Position numbers and translations under genes: made by a program | Shown: in pieces, positions 10,244 to 19,045 of the stretch | Layout: every line of letters begins with the position of its first letter | How positions within the stretch are numbered: position 1 is the stretch's first letter | Source of the DNA: Candidatus Bathyarchaeota archaeon | Lineage (GTDB): Archaea > Thermoproteota > Bathyarchaeia > Bathyarchaeales > Bathycorpusculaceae | DNA length: 64,000 bases | Assembly: GCA_963827165.1 (NCBI GenBank) | Contig: CAWGZR010000004.1 | Coordinates: 1-64,000 of the forward strand | Reading direction: 5' to 3' | The notes under the pieces: generated by a model | Databases searched by the model: none | What the model was told of the DNA's origin: nothing | Seen by the model: the letters and a program-made list of their open reading frames with translations, nothing else

Positions 10244-10342
10244 GCTGAATGGACGCTATTTTTTAAGTCATGCTTACCGATGGGTTTCCTTAATTTTGAA
10301 ATATAAAAAGGAAAACTGTAGTCTGCGGGCTTTGTTACTGGT

Positions 10343-10507
10343 TTAGGCTTTGTTGGGCTTGGGTTTCGGTTTTTGTGTTGCTGAAACTGGTTTCATTGGC
10401 GTTCCGCAACAAACTAATTCGCAGGGCTCACAACCGCATAGCTGATCAACCAAGAGTACTAGCCCGCAGTCTTCACATTGATATTTGTCACCTTTTTTAT
10501 TTGCCAA
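10343..10507 (-). CDS. 54-aa desulforedoxin-like Cys-rich protein (not in ORF track)
   Basis: MANKKGDKYQCEDCGLVLLVDQLCGCEPCELVCCGTPMKPVSATQKPKPKPNKA; TTG start preceded by GGAAGGT. Confidence 0.72.
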   Translation of the reverse strand: MANKKGDKYQCEDCGLVLLVDQLCGCEPCELVCCGTPMKPVSATQKPKPKPNKA

Positions 10508-10654
10508 AAAAATACCTTCCTACAAATACCACTACATATTCCTATAATTTCCATTCATATAAAAATATCCAAAAAAGCAATATTCCTAGCTTTCTTTAGG
10601 AAAACCTATTTTCGCTAAATCTGATATGGGCTAAAGTGGAAAATGTCTTCTGGA

Positions 10655-10927
10655 TTAGAGCTGTTTGATTTCGCCGAATCCATCACATTCTGCACAGACC
10701 TGACCATTTATTGCCAAGCGGAAGTCTTTACCTCTGCCTGAGCACGCAGGGCATTTTTCTGCGGATCCGGCTGGAAACATTCGCCATCCTGTTCCGCTGC
10801 ATTTTAGGCATGGGAACCCAATATCGGAGCCGCTGGTGTCTCTGCCTGTTCCGTAGCAAATCTTGCATTTAACCCGTCTATAGGTGGTTCGGATGTTTGG
10901 AGTAGAAGGCTCCATTGTTGTTTTCAT
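10655..10927 (-). CDS. Stand-alone DnaJ-type zinc finger protein
   Basis: Four CxxCxGxG repeats (CKICYGTG, CLKCSGTG, CPACSGRG, CAECDGFG); no J domain. Confidence 0.8.
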   Translation of the reverse strand: MKTTMEPSTPNIRTTYRRVKCKICYGTGRDTSGSDIGFPCLKCSGTGWRMFPAGSAEKCPACSGRGKDFRLAINGQVCAECDGFGEIKQL

Positions 10928-11001
10928 TTGTCGCGCCAGAAAGAATCAAGTTGGCACCTTCCAATATTTAGAATTTCTTACTTTACAATTTTGATTCAAG
11001 A

Positions 11002-11421
11002 TCAAAGTTTTCCCTTTATTTTTTCTGACATATCATCAAGTTTTGCTCTTTCAACCTCTTTGAGCTCGCCGAACCGCAGCAGTTTTTGGCCTTCAAACCT
11101 TGGAATAATGTGTACGTGCAAATGAAAAATGTCTTGTCCTGCAGCTTTGCCGTTTTGCTGAATGATACTTATGCCGTCTGCGTTTGTGGCTTCTTTGATG
11201 GGTCGGGCAAGTTTTTTGGCTGCAAAATGAACATGCTTTAATGTTTCTTCAGGGATTTCGAAGATGTCGACATAGTGGTCTTTAGGTATGACAAGGGTGT
11301 GTCCCATGGTTAGTGGTCTTATGTCGAGAAAAGCCGTTACCGCTTCATCCTCGAGGACTATGCTTGCTTGGGCTGTTTTATTGACGATTTTGCAGAAGAT
11401 ACATGATGGGTCAAACTTCAA
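11002..11421 (-). CDS. HIT family hydrolase
   Basis: CIFCKI, GHTLVIPK, HLHVHIIPR histidine triad. Confidence 0.93.
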   Translation of the reverse strand: MKFDPSCIFCKIVNKTAQASIVLEDEAVTAFLDIRPLTMGHTLVIPKDHYVDIFEIPEETLKHVHFAAKKLARPIKEATNADGISIIQQNGKAAGQDIFHLHVHIIPRFEGQKLLRFGELKEVERAKLDDMSEKIKGKL

Positions 11422-11569
11422 GTTGCAGCACCGTTACATGCTTATTTTGTTGCATCTGACGCATTAAGTTTCCCTTCGCCTTTTTTAGCTAGATACGCTA
11501 TGAAGCTAAACGATTTATATTACATGAGAATTCATAGTTAATTAATCAAAAACACGAGGTTTAAGAAAA

Positions 11570-11857
11570 ATGAGTAAATTAGAAGACCAAGTGCGTGAAG
11601 AAGTAGGCAAAGTGCAAGACCCCGAAACGGGTCAGTCATTCGCTGAAATGCAAATGATACAAAGCGTCAAGGAAACAGCGCCTGGCGAATTCACCGTCGA
11701 ATTCGTTCCGACAAGCCCATTCTGCCCAATCGCATTCAAACTCGCGGCTGACATAAAAGCCGCCGCCAAATCAGTTCCCGGCGTCAAAAAAGCAGTAGTT
11801 TACTGCCGTGGACACGCGATGGAACAACAGATAAACGAAATGACCAACAAGCAGTAA
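11570..11857 (+). CDS. DUF59/SufT-like Fe-S cluster assembly protein
   Basis: V.DPETG, PTSPFCP motifs; 95 aa. Confidence 0.82.
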   Translation: MSKLEDQVREEVGKVQDPETGQSFAEMQMIQSVKETAPGEFTVEFVPTSPFCPIAFKLAADIKAAAKSVPGVKKAVVYCRGHAMEQQINEMTNKQ

Positions 11858-11900
11858 AACAGCTTTTTTTCGATTTCTTTTTTCCAATTTTTAAGCTATA

Positions 11901-12671
11901 CTATTTCATCCTAGTGAACGCCCACGTGCCCACTATAACCATTAGTCCGTCAAACAAAGCGACGACGCCGACGTCAACCCAAAGCGATTGAACCTGAAAA
12001 GGAACCCATGAAGCTCCTAAAGTAACATGTCTTAAGGCATCGATGCCGTATGTCAAGGGATTCCACACAGCTATGTCTGAGAGCCAACTTGGAAGTCCGC
12101 CTCCTTTAAGGAGAAACAATGCGCCGCTTAGAAAGAACAGTGGTAGATTTACGAATGTTTGGATGGCACCGAAGCCTTCTAGGTTTCCCATGAAACTTGC
12201 AATCGTTAAACCAATGCTTACCAAGCCAAAAGTGACCAGAAGCATAACTGGTAGCGCATACAGAACCGTAATTGGGCTTATAGGGATCCCGATGACTAAG
12301 CCGATTGCGAAAACAATTATGCCTTGCATGAACGCATCAGTGCTGTCACCAACCATTTTTCCAAGAAAAATTGTTAATCTGGAAACAGGTGCAACAAGCG
12401 TTTCCTTCATAAACCCAAATTCTTTGTCCCAGATGACGTTTATACCCATGAACATGGCTGTGAAAAGCAGTGTCTGTCCCACTATGCCTGGAAGCAGTAC
12501 CTGTTGGTAGTTTAAGCCGGGCGGCAAAACGATTCTTGCGGCGAAGGCTGCGCCGAATATTATGAGCCAAAGCAGGGGCTGAACAAAGCTGGTTACAAGC
12601 CGCGTTCGATCACGGATGAAACGTTTAATTTCCCTAAGCCAAAGACTGTAGAAACCTCGAGTTTCACTCAT
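11901..12671 (-). CDS. ABC-2 type permease
   Basis: LWLREIKRF, QPLLWL, WDKEFGF, NPLTYGID. Confidence 0.9.
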   Translation of the reverse strand: MSETRGFYSLWLREIKRFIRDRTRLVTSFVQPLLWLIIFGAAFAARIVLPPGLNYQQVLLPGIVGQTLLFTAMFMGINVIWDKEFGFMKETLVAPVSRLTIFLGKMVGDSTDAFMQGIIVFAIGLVIGIPISPITVLYALPVMLLVTFGLVSIGLTIASFMGNLEGFGAIQTFVNLPLFFLSGALFLLKGGGLPSWLSDIAVWNPLTYGIDALRHVTLGASWVPFQVQSLWVDVGVVALFDGLMVIVGTWAFTRMK

Positions 12672-13654
12672 CTTATTGCCCTCCTGCGAGCGGCTGCGGC
12701 TCCATGCAGTTCTTTGCTTGTGTCTTCCCTTATGTTTCTGCCCGTGTAATGCAAAAAGACGTCTTCAAGGTTAGGTTCACGCAGAAGCAGAGATTCCACA
12801 TAGATGTTGTTTTGGGTTGCCAGCTCCATGATTCTCGGCATTACAGTTTTGCCATTGTGAACGGTTATCTCTAAAGTGCCGTCGACGATTTGCTTGTTGC
12901 TGAAACCTAACGATTTGGTTATGAGTTCGGAAAACTCGTCAAGTTTGTTTGTTCTGATAATGACGACATCGCCTTCAAGCGTGTCCTTAAGCTTGGGCGG
13001 GGTATCCAGTATAACGATTTTCCCATGGTCCATTATTCCGATGCGGTCGCAGAGTCTGTCTGCTTCATCCATGTAATGAGTAGTTAAAACCACCGTTATG
13101 TTTTGAGCCTTCTTGAGTTCGAGAATGTACTTCCAAATGTGATCCCTTGTTTGGGGGTCAAGACCGACCGTTGGTTCATCCAGAAACAACACTTTAGGAT
13201 AATGAATCAAACCGCGCCCCAACTCAAGCCTACGTCTCATCCCACCAGAGTAAGTTCGCATTAAATCGTCTGCCCTATCTTCCAACTCTATAAGTTTCAA
13301 AATACGATCTATGCGTTCTTTCTGATCTGAAGGTAGCACACCATACAGGTTAGCATGAATGTACAGGTTCTCTCTGCCCGTTAAGCGGTCGTCAATGCTT
13401 GGATCTTGAAAAACGATACCGATCGATTTGCGAACCTTGTTTGATTCTTTAACGATGTCAAACCCGCTTATAGTTGCGGTTCCAGATGTAGGCTTGAGAA
13501 TTGTGCAAAGCATCGATATTGTCGTTGTTTTGCCTGCCCCGTTTGGACCCAACAACCCAAAGATTTCTCCAGACTCAACCGTTATGCTAAGGTCGTCAAC
13601 TGCCTTAAACGAGTTGTAAGCTTTGGTCAAGTGGCGAGTTTCAATGACGGGCAT
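12668..13654 (-). CDS. ABC exporter ATP-binding protein (DrrA-like), paralog of 1559..2566
   Basis: GPNGAGKTT, YSGGMRRR, LFLDEPT, PNLEDVFLHYTG. Confidence 0.93.
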   Translation of the reverse strand: MPVIETRHLTKAYNSFKAVDDLSITVESGEIFGLLGPNGAGKTTTISMLCTILKPTSGTATISGFDIVKESNKVRKSIGIVFQDPSIDDRLTGRENLYIHANLYGVLPSDQKERIDRILKLIELEDRADDLMRTYSGGMRRRLELGRGLIHYPKVLFLDEPTVGLDPQTRDHIWKYILELKKAQNITVVLTTHYMDEADRLCDRIGIMDHGKIVILDTPPKLKDTLEGDVVIIRTNKLDEFSELITKSLGFSNKQIVDGTLEITVHNGKTVMPRIMELATQNNIYVESLLLREPNLEDVFLHYTGRNIREDTSKELHGAAAARRRAIR

Positions 13655-13882
13655 GTTTCAGCTTTCTCTTTTTAGCAATGGGAACAAATGCAAGATTTAA
13701 AGTTTAACAGCTCTTTGACATTAAACTCATTTGCAACGCGTTAATTTCTTCCTTAGCGACAAGGCGGTAAGTGGTTGGCTGATGAAGCATCAGTAAACGT
13801 CTGATTTTCCGAAACATCGTATCCCTTCTGATTCCGTAATCTTAAAATTTCTTTATTACATTGTTGTATCTGGTGATTTTTA

Positions 13883-14320
13883 ATGCCAGAAATGAATTTT
13901 GAAGGTATTGCAAGTTGGAAAGGCGGAACTGAATGTTCACTTTCAGTGAAAGGCAAGGAACTCGTTGTGGTCAGTCCCCCTCCGATGTTCGGAGGAAAAG
14001 AAGGATACTGCGTGCCTGAAGACATATTCGCTGCTGCTTTAGCGTCATGCATCAACACACTGTTTCTGCTGATTGCCAATAACAGTCAGTTGGGGCTCAA
14101 GGCATTGGATACAAAAGCAACTGTCAAAATGAATATTGAAGGAATGGAGAAACTGATCTTTACAGACGTGCACTTTAACATGAACGTTGGTTTGGAAACT
14201 GACAATGAACGTGAACGCAAAAAAGCAAACACTGTCTACGGAATGGCGCAGAAGATCTGTCCGATAAGGCAGTCATGGGGCGAAGCTGTCCCGATAAGTT
14301 TTGAGTTGAACTTCAAATAA
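13883..14320 (+). CDS. OsmC/Ohr family protein
   Basis: PPMFGG, PEDIFAAALASC, KICPI two-Cys pattern. Confidence 0.85.
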   Translation: MPEMNFEGIASWKGGTECSLSVKGKELVVVSPPPMFGGKEGYCVPEDIFAAALASCINTLFLLIANNSQLGLKALDTKATVKMNIEGMEKLIFTDVHFNMNVGLETDNERERKKANTVYGMAQKICPIRQSWGEAVPISFELNFK

Positions 14321-14472
14321 AACCTAAAGTTTAGTTTTCTTTCCACTTTTTCTTTTCGATTTGCCCTGAACATTTAGATTTTACAGAGAAATCCCGTTGA
14401 CAGGGAAAATACACATTAGCCTTAAATACAGAGGCTTTTCTATTTCTGCAACTGACAGGGGCATCATTTAGC

Positions 14473-15246
14473 ATGAGCTTTGCATATGCGGTTGAACTTA
14501 AAGATGTAACGAAACGCTACAATGAAATAGTAGCTGTAAACAACCTTAACCTCTCGATCGGCTCTGGCGAAATTTTCGGGCTTTTAGGACCAAACGGTTC
14601 AGGAAAATCCACGACACTCAAAATGCTGCTGGGTTTGGTTACGCCTGACAAGGGCAACGTGACAGTTTTGGGGTTAGACGTCACGAAGCAACCGGTGGAG
14701 GTAAAAGCTCTCACAGGCTACGTTCCTGAATCTGCCAACATCTATGAGTTTTTGACTGGAATAGAATATTTGGATTTCATCGCTGACGTCTACTCTGTGC
14801 CCCCTGAGGAGAAAAAAACTAGGATCATTGAATACCTCAAAGCTCTCCAACTCGATGGCAGAGAAGGCGACATGATTAACAGTTACTCGGACGGCATGAG
14901 AAAGAAAATCAGTTTAATCTCAGCTTTTATTCATAAGCCCAAGTTGCTACTGCTTGATGAGCCGCTTAACGCTTTGGATCCCCGTTCAGCAAGGATAGTT
15001 AAGGATTTTCTGCATGAACTCAAGGGGCAAGGCGTCACAACCATCATGACAACACACGTTCTTGAAATTGCAGAGGCGATATGCGACCGCATCGGTATCA
15101 TGTATCAGGGGCAACTGCTTGCTTTAGGCAACATGGATGAGCTACGAAAAACAGCGAGCCTGCCTAATTCGGGACTTGAGGATGTTTTCCTCAAGTTGAC
15201 AGGTACAGAAGATTTGAGAGCTGTTGTTGAGGAACTCATGAAATGA
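14473..15246 (+). CDS. ABC ATP-binding protein
   Basis: GPNGSGKST, YSDGMRKK, LLLDEP, LEDVFLKLT. Confidence 0.92.
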   Translation: MSFAYAVELKDVTKRYNEIVAVNNLNLSIGSGEIFGLLGPNGSGKSTTLKMLLGLVTPDKGNVTVLGLDVTKQPVEVKALTGYVPESANIYEFLTGIEYLDFIADVYSVPPEEKKTRIIEYLKALQLDGREGDMINSYSDGMRKKISLISAFIHKPKLLLLDEPLNALDPRSARIVKDFLHELKGQGVTTIMTTHVLEIAEAICDRIGIMYQGQLLALGNMDELRKTASLPNSGLEDVFLKLTGTEDLRAVVEELMK

Positions 15247-16916
15247 ACTGGAAAAATGTTCTCTACCTGCTTCGAGTTGAACGCAAATCTGGCAGGCTAA
15301 TCAGGGGAATAAAAGCCACACACTATAGGGAAAACAGTTTCATCGCGTATTGGCCTTACTGGGTAGCTGCTATACTGGGAGTGCTTGGAGGTGCATTGGC
15401 AACTTTCATCGTTCACTCTATATCTTCAACAGGAGTTTCTACTGGGCCGCAGCCGTTGAGTGTTGAAGCGGTCGGTTTCTTCTCGGTTTTGCCAACTCTG
15501 GTTTTAGGCATCAGCATAGTTTTCACATTGTTTCAGCAGGTCCAATTAGCGGGGAAGGCTTCGAGCCAAGTTATGTATTGGCTGCCCGTAACCTGGCAGG
15601 ATCACACTTTAGCTTCGATCTTAGCCAACCTTCTCGGGTTGCCCGCAGCTGTAGTCACAGGTTTAAGCGCCGGATTAGTTGTTTTTGGAGCATTTAACGG
15701 GTTAATTCTTCAAGCCCTATTAACTGTATTTGTCATGTTTGCGGCGGCTTTCTTAGCAAGCTCGATCACAGAAATTCTCAGAGTTGTGCAGATCCGTTTT
15801 TCAGGCGCCGTCTACAAGTCAAGTGGAAAAGCCGCCATATGGTTGCGACTTGTAGGCTCCCTATTAGTCGTGATAATATTCTACATAATCTACTTTTATG
15901 CCATCTCAGGAACTAACACCTTCATTTCAAGTTTAACAGCTGCTCAGAATGCCGCTTGGTACATTCCTTTTGTTTGGCCAGCCCTCATAATCTCGTCCGT
16001 AGCAAAAGGTTATTTCGTGCAAAGCCTCGGCTACGTCGCTTTATCTGCAGCGCTTATGGCGGGCTTGTATTATGTTGCAGTTGGATTGAACACGCGTTTT
16101 GGACTCTATGAGCCGCCGGCAATCACGCTGCAGAAAGCCGGCGTTTACGCACCGAAAATCGGCCTGCTGGGAAAACTTGGTTTTTCAAGTGTCGAAGCTG
16201 CTTTGATTCGCAAAGATTTAAATGCGTTCACTCGCCGTCGCGAGTTATTGGGGATCTACTTTATGCCCATTATCATTGTTATCATTTCGATTTTCTACTC
16301 CTTCGGAATCACCGGCGGTGGCTCATCCTCAAATCTTACTCTTTGGTCAGGCGTCATTTTCTTGGTTCCAGCCAGTGGAATGGCAATGCTGCTGGGGCAA
16401 GTTCTGATAGGCGAGGAAGGGCAAACGATGTGGCGGATATATGCTTCACCGATTTCACCCAAAAACTTGGTTAGAAGCAAATTTTTCTTAATCATCATAT
16501 TCGTAATCGTCGTTTTGTTGCCAACCGGGATAATTGGCATAGTAGTTTTCCATCCGACCCTGCGAAAAGCAGCCATAGGCATAATAGAATCCTTCCTAAT
16601 GGCACTCGCAGTAGCCTCTGTTTCGCTTCAAATCGGCTTTAAAGGACCCGACTTTTCAGGCACCCGAAGAGCAAGAATGGTTCGGCAAGAGTGGTCGCTG
16701 ATAGGTTCTGTCGTTGGATTTGTCACTGGATTGGGGGTCTTCGCACCTGTTCTTGCACAGTATGGCTACAGTTTAATCAGTGCAGTTTCCGTAAGTACCC
16801 TTGACTACGCCATCGGAGTAGTCATAAGCGCAGTGATTTCGATCGCGGTTACCGCAGTCTTCTACAAAATCAATGTTGGCAGCGCAGAAGAGCTTTTGCG
16901 AAAAGCTGAATTCTAA
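15243..16916 (+). CDS. Large ABC exporter permease (about 12-14 TM)
   Basis: Many hydrophobic helices, ALIRKDL..F.RR motif, coupled to ATPase. Confidence 0.75.
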   Translation: MNWKNVLYLLRVERKSGRLIRGIKATHYRENSFIAYWPYWVAAILGVLGGALATFIVHSISSTGVSTGPQPLSVEAVGFFSVLPTLVLGISIVFTLFQQVQLAGKASSQVMYWLPVTWQDHTLASILANLLGLPAAVVTGLSAGLVVFGAFNGLILQALLTVFVMFAAAFLASSITEILRVVQIRFSGAVYKSSGKAAIWLRLVGSLLVVIIFYIIYFYAISGTNTFISSLTAAQNAAWYIPFVWPALIISSVAKGYFVQSLGYVALSAALMAGLYYVAVGLNTRFGLYEPPAITLQKAGVYAPKIGLLGKLGFSSVEAALIRKDLNAFTRRRELLGIYFMPIIIVIISIFYSFGITGGGSSSNLTLWSGVIFLVPASGMAMLLGQVLIGEEGQTMWRIYASPISPKNLVRSKFFLIIIFVIVVLLPTGIIGIVVFHPTLRKAAIGIIESFLMALAVASVSLQIGFKGPDFSGTRRARMVRQEWSLIGSVVGFVTGLGVFAPVLAQYGYSLISAVSVSTLDYAIGVVISAVISIAVTAVFYKINVGSAEELLRKAEF

Positions 16917-17015
16917 AAAAAGACTAATTGAGCTCCACTGCCATGTTTTAAAGGTTGATTTAGGCTAAATTTAAAAGCAGATTGCGAGTGAACTTTAACC
17001 TGTTTGTTGAGCGCT

Positions 17016-17203
17016 ATGGGAAACGAGGGGAAGGGAACGATATTTAGACGTGAAGATGACAGGTACCTGCTTTATCTGCCCGTGCGCGTGGTTGATGACA
17101 GCATGTTCCCGTTGAAATGTACAAGCTCGATGCCTGTCAAAGTAGTTTCAAACCAAACGAAGGCAAATTAGTCGTTGAGAAATGGCAAGAGCAAAAAAGC
17201 TAA
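17016..17203 (+). CDS. Small AbrB-fold-like protein, probably frameshifted near 17145 (not in ORF track)
   Basis: MGNEGKGTIFRREDDRYLLYLPVRVVDDSMFPLKC..PVKV, then in shifted frame SFKPNEGKLVVEKWQEQKS*. Confidence 0.5.
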
Positions 17204-17261
17204 GACCCTTCCAGCAACTGTTTATTTACCAGTTTAACTTAGTCTTTTTTAGTGAAGTTTT

Positions 17262-17702
17262 ATGGCAGATTTAACAGTTAAGAGCCCCGCTTTTGAGGCT
17301 GGCAACCTTATCCCGAAAAAATACGCTTGCGATGGACAAGATATCAACCCGCCACTAACGATTGAGGGCGTTCCAAAGGAAGCAAAAACCCTTGTTTTAG
17401 CCATAGATGACCCTGACGCGCCAAGCGGCACCTTCGACCATTGGATAGTTTGGAATATCCCAGCGTCAACAACCAAAATTGCTGAGAACTCGGTCCCTGG
17501 AAAGGAAGGCTTCAATGGTGCAAGACAAACAGGATACATGGGTCCTTGTCCTCCTTCGGGCACGCATCGGTACTTCTTCAAGATCTACGCCTTAGACACC
17601 GAGCTGAATTTGGCCTTAGGCTCGAAAAAGAAAGATGCTGAAAAAGCCATGTATGGCCACGTTATAGCAAAAGGCGAATTGATGGCAATATACCGCCACT
17701 AG
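17262..17702 (+). CDS. YbhB/YbcL (PEBP) family protein
   Basis: CDG.DINPPL, DDPDAP.GTFDHW, YMGPCPPSGTHRY. Confidence 0.93.
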   Translation: MADLTVKSPAFEAGNLIPKKYACDGQDINPPLTIEGVPKEAKTLVLAIDDPDAPSGTFDHWIVWNIPASTTKIAENSVPGKEGFNGARQTGYMGPCPPSGTHRYFFKIYALDTELNLALGSKKKDAEKAMYGHVIAKGELMAIYRH

Positions 17703-17776
17703 CTGATTCACCAAAGAGTGAGTTACTTAGGCGTGCTTGTGGATCTGGCGGAGCAACGCAGGGGGGTTGGGTTAAG

Positions 17777-18967
17777 TTGAACCGAAATTTCATCATATTG
17801 GCCGTTGCGTTGCTGATTATCTTAATCTCTGTCACGCTTTTCTTGACGTTTATACCTATTAAGGAAGTTCCAAGCAGACCCTTTTATTTGGGCGTCGAAT
17901 TCGCGTATGGCAACCAATTCAGCCAGCTTAAAGCCTTTGCTGACGCCGTTAAGGGTTACACGAATCTTTTCGTCATAGGCTCCGTTCTCCTGACGTTTAA
18001 CAGAACCGCATTGGATGAGTCATGCAGCTACCTTTACAATTCAGGATTGAACTTCATCGTTTTAATCACCAGTTTCCCAATGTACAACAGCACAAACGGT
18101 TACCCCGCAAACGACACGGTTTTTGATTGGATGGGAAATGCAACACAAACTTATGGCAGTCGGCTATTGGGCTTTTACCGCTATGATGAACCAGGCGGAA
18201 ACCAGCTGGACAACGCAAAGTTTCAGCTCATCAATAATGCGTCGAGTCAAGAGGAGGCAGCTGACGAATACGTTTACAATTTAGGAGGCATAATTCATTA
18301 TTACGCTGCTTACGGCGGTAGACCTGATGTGACTCCGGCAAAGATTTTTTCTTCGGACTACGGGCTTTACTGGTTCGATTACGCATCGGGGTACAGCACG
18401 ATTTTTGGCGAATTCGTGGGAAACCAAAGCCGACAAACCACTATTGCACTAGACAGAGGAGCCGCGCAATCTTTCAATCGGCCTTGGGGAATCAACATAA
18501 CGTGGAAGTACGACCAAGCGCCCTACCTTGAGTCCCCCGACGAAATGTTAAGTGATTTGTCACTGGCTTACAGCGCCGGAGCCACCTACGAAGTGGTCTT
18601 CAGCTACCCAAACGTAACCATCCCCGGATCATTTGGCACATTAACCCCTGCCCACCTTGAAGCTTTGAAAACCTTCTGGAATGAAATCCACTCCGATCCC
18701 GGGCAATTCAGCTCAAACCCAGCTGAGGCAGCCTACATTGTATCAGCAAACTTCGGATTTGGCTTCCGCAGCGCCACCGACACAATCTGGGGTTTATTCC
18801 CAGCCTCAGGCGACAACAACACAGCAAAAATATGGAGCGACACACAACTCCTTCTATCAAGATACGATGATGCTTTGAACATAATTTTCGACAATCAAAC
18901 CATTATCGAGCCGACGCTCAAAGAGTACTCCCATGTCTTCTACTATAACCAGACAAAAATCACTTAG
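17777..18967 (+). CDS. Membrane-anchored extracellular hypothetical protein
   Basis: N-terminal TM/signal, many N-X-S/T sites, YDEPGG, SDYGLYWFDY, DRGAA..WG motifs. Confidence 0.65.
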   Translation: MNRNFIILAVALLIILISVTLFLTFIPIKEVPSRPFYLGVEFAYGNQFSQLKAFADAVKGYTNLFVIGSVLLTFNRTALDESCSYLYNSGLNFIVLITSFPMYNSTNGYPANDTVFDWMGNATQTYGSRLLGFYRYDEPGGNQLDNAKFQLINNASSQEEAADEYVYNLGGIIHYYAAYGGRPDVTPAKIFSSDYGLYWFDYASGYSTIFGEFVGNQSRQTTIALDRGAAQSFNRPWGINITWKYDQAPYLESPDEMLSDLSLAYSAGATYEVVFSYPNVTIPGSFGTLTPAHLEALKTFWNEIHSDPGQFSSNPAEAAYIVSANFGFGFRSATDTIWGLFPASGDNNTAKIWSDTQLLLSRYDDALNIIFDNQTIIEPTLKEYSHVFYYNQTKIT

Positions 18968-19045
18968 ATTCCAGCTCAACAACCCAGTTTACGGATAAAG
19001 CCTTTAAACAATAACGTAACATTTAAGCAACCTGTCTATTGGTTC

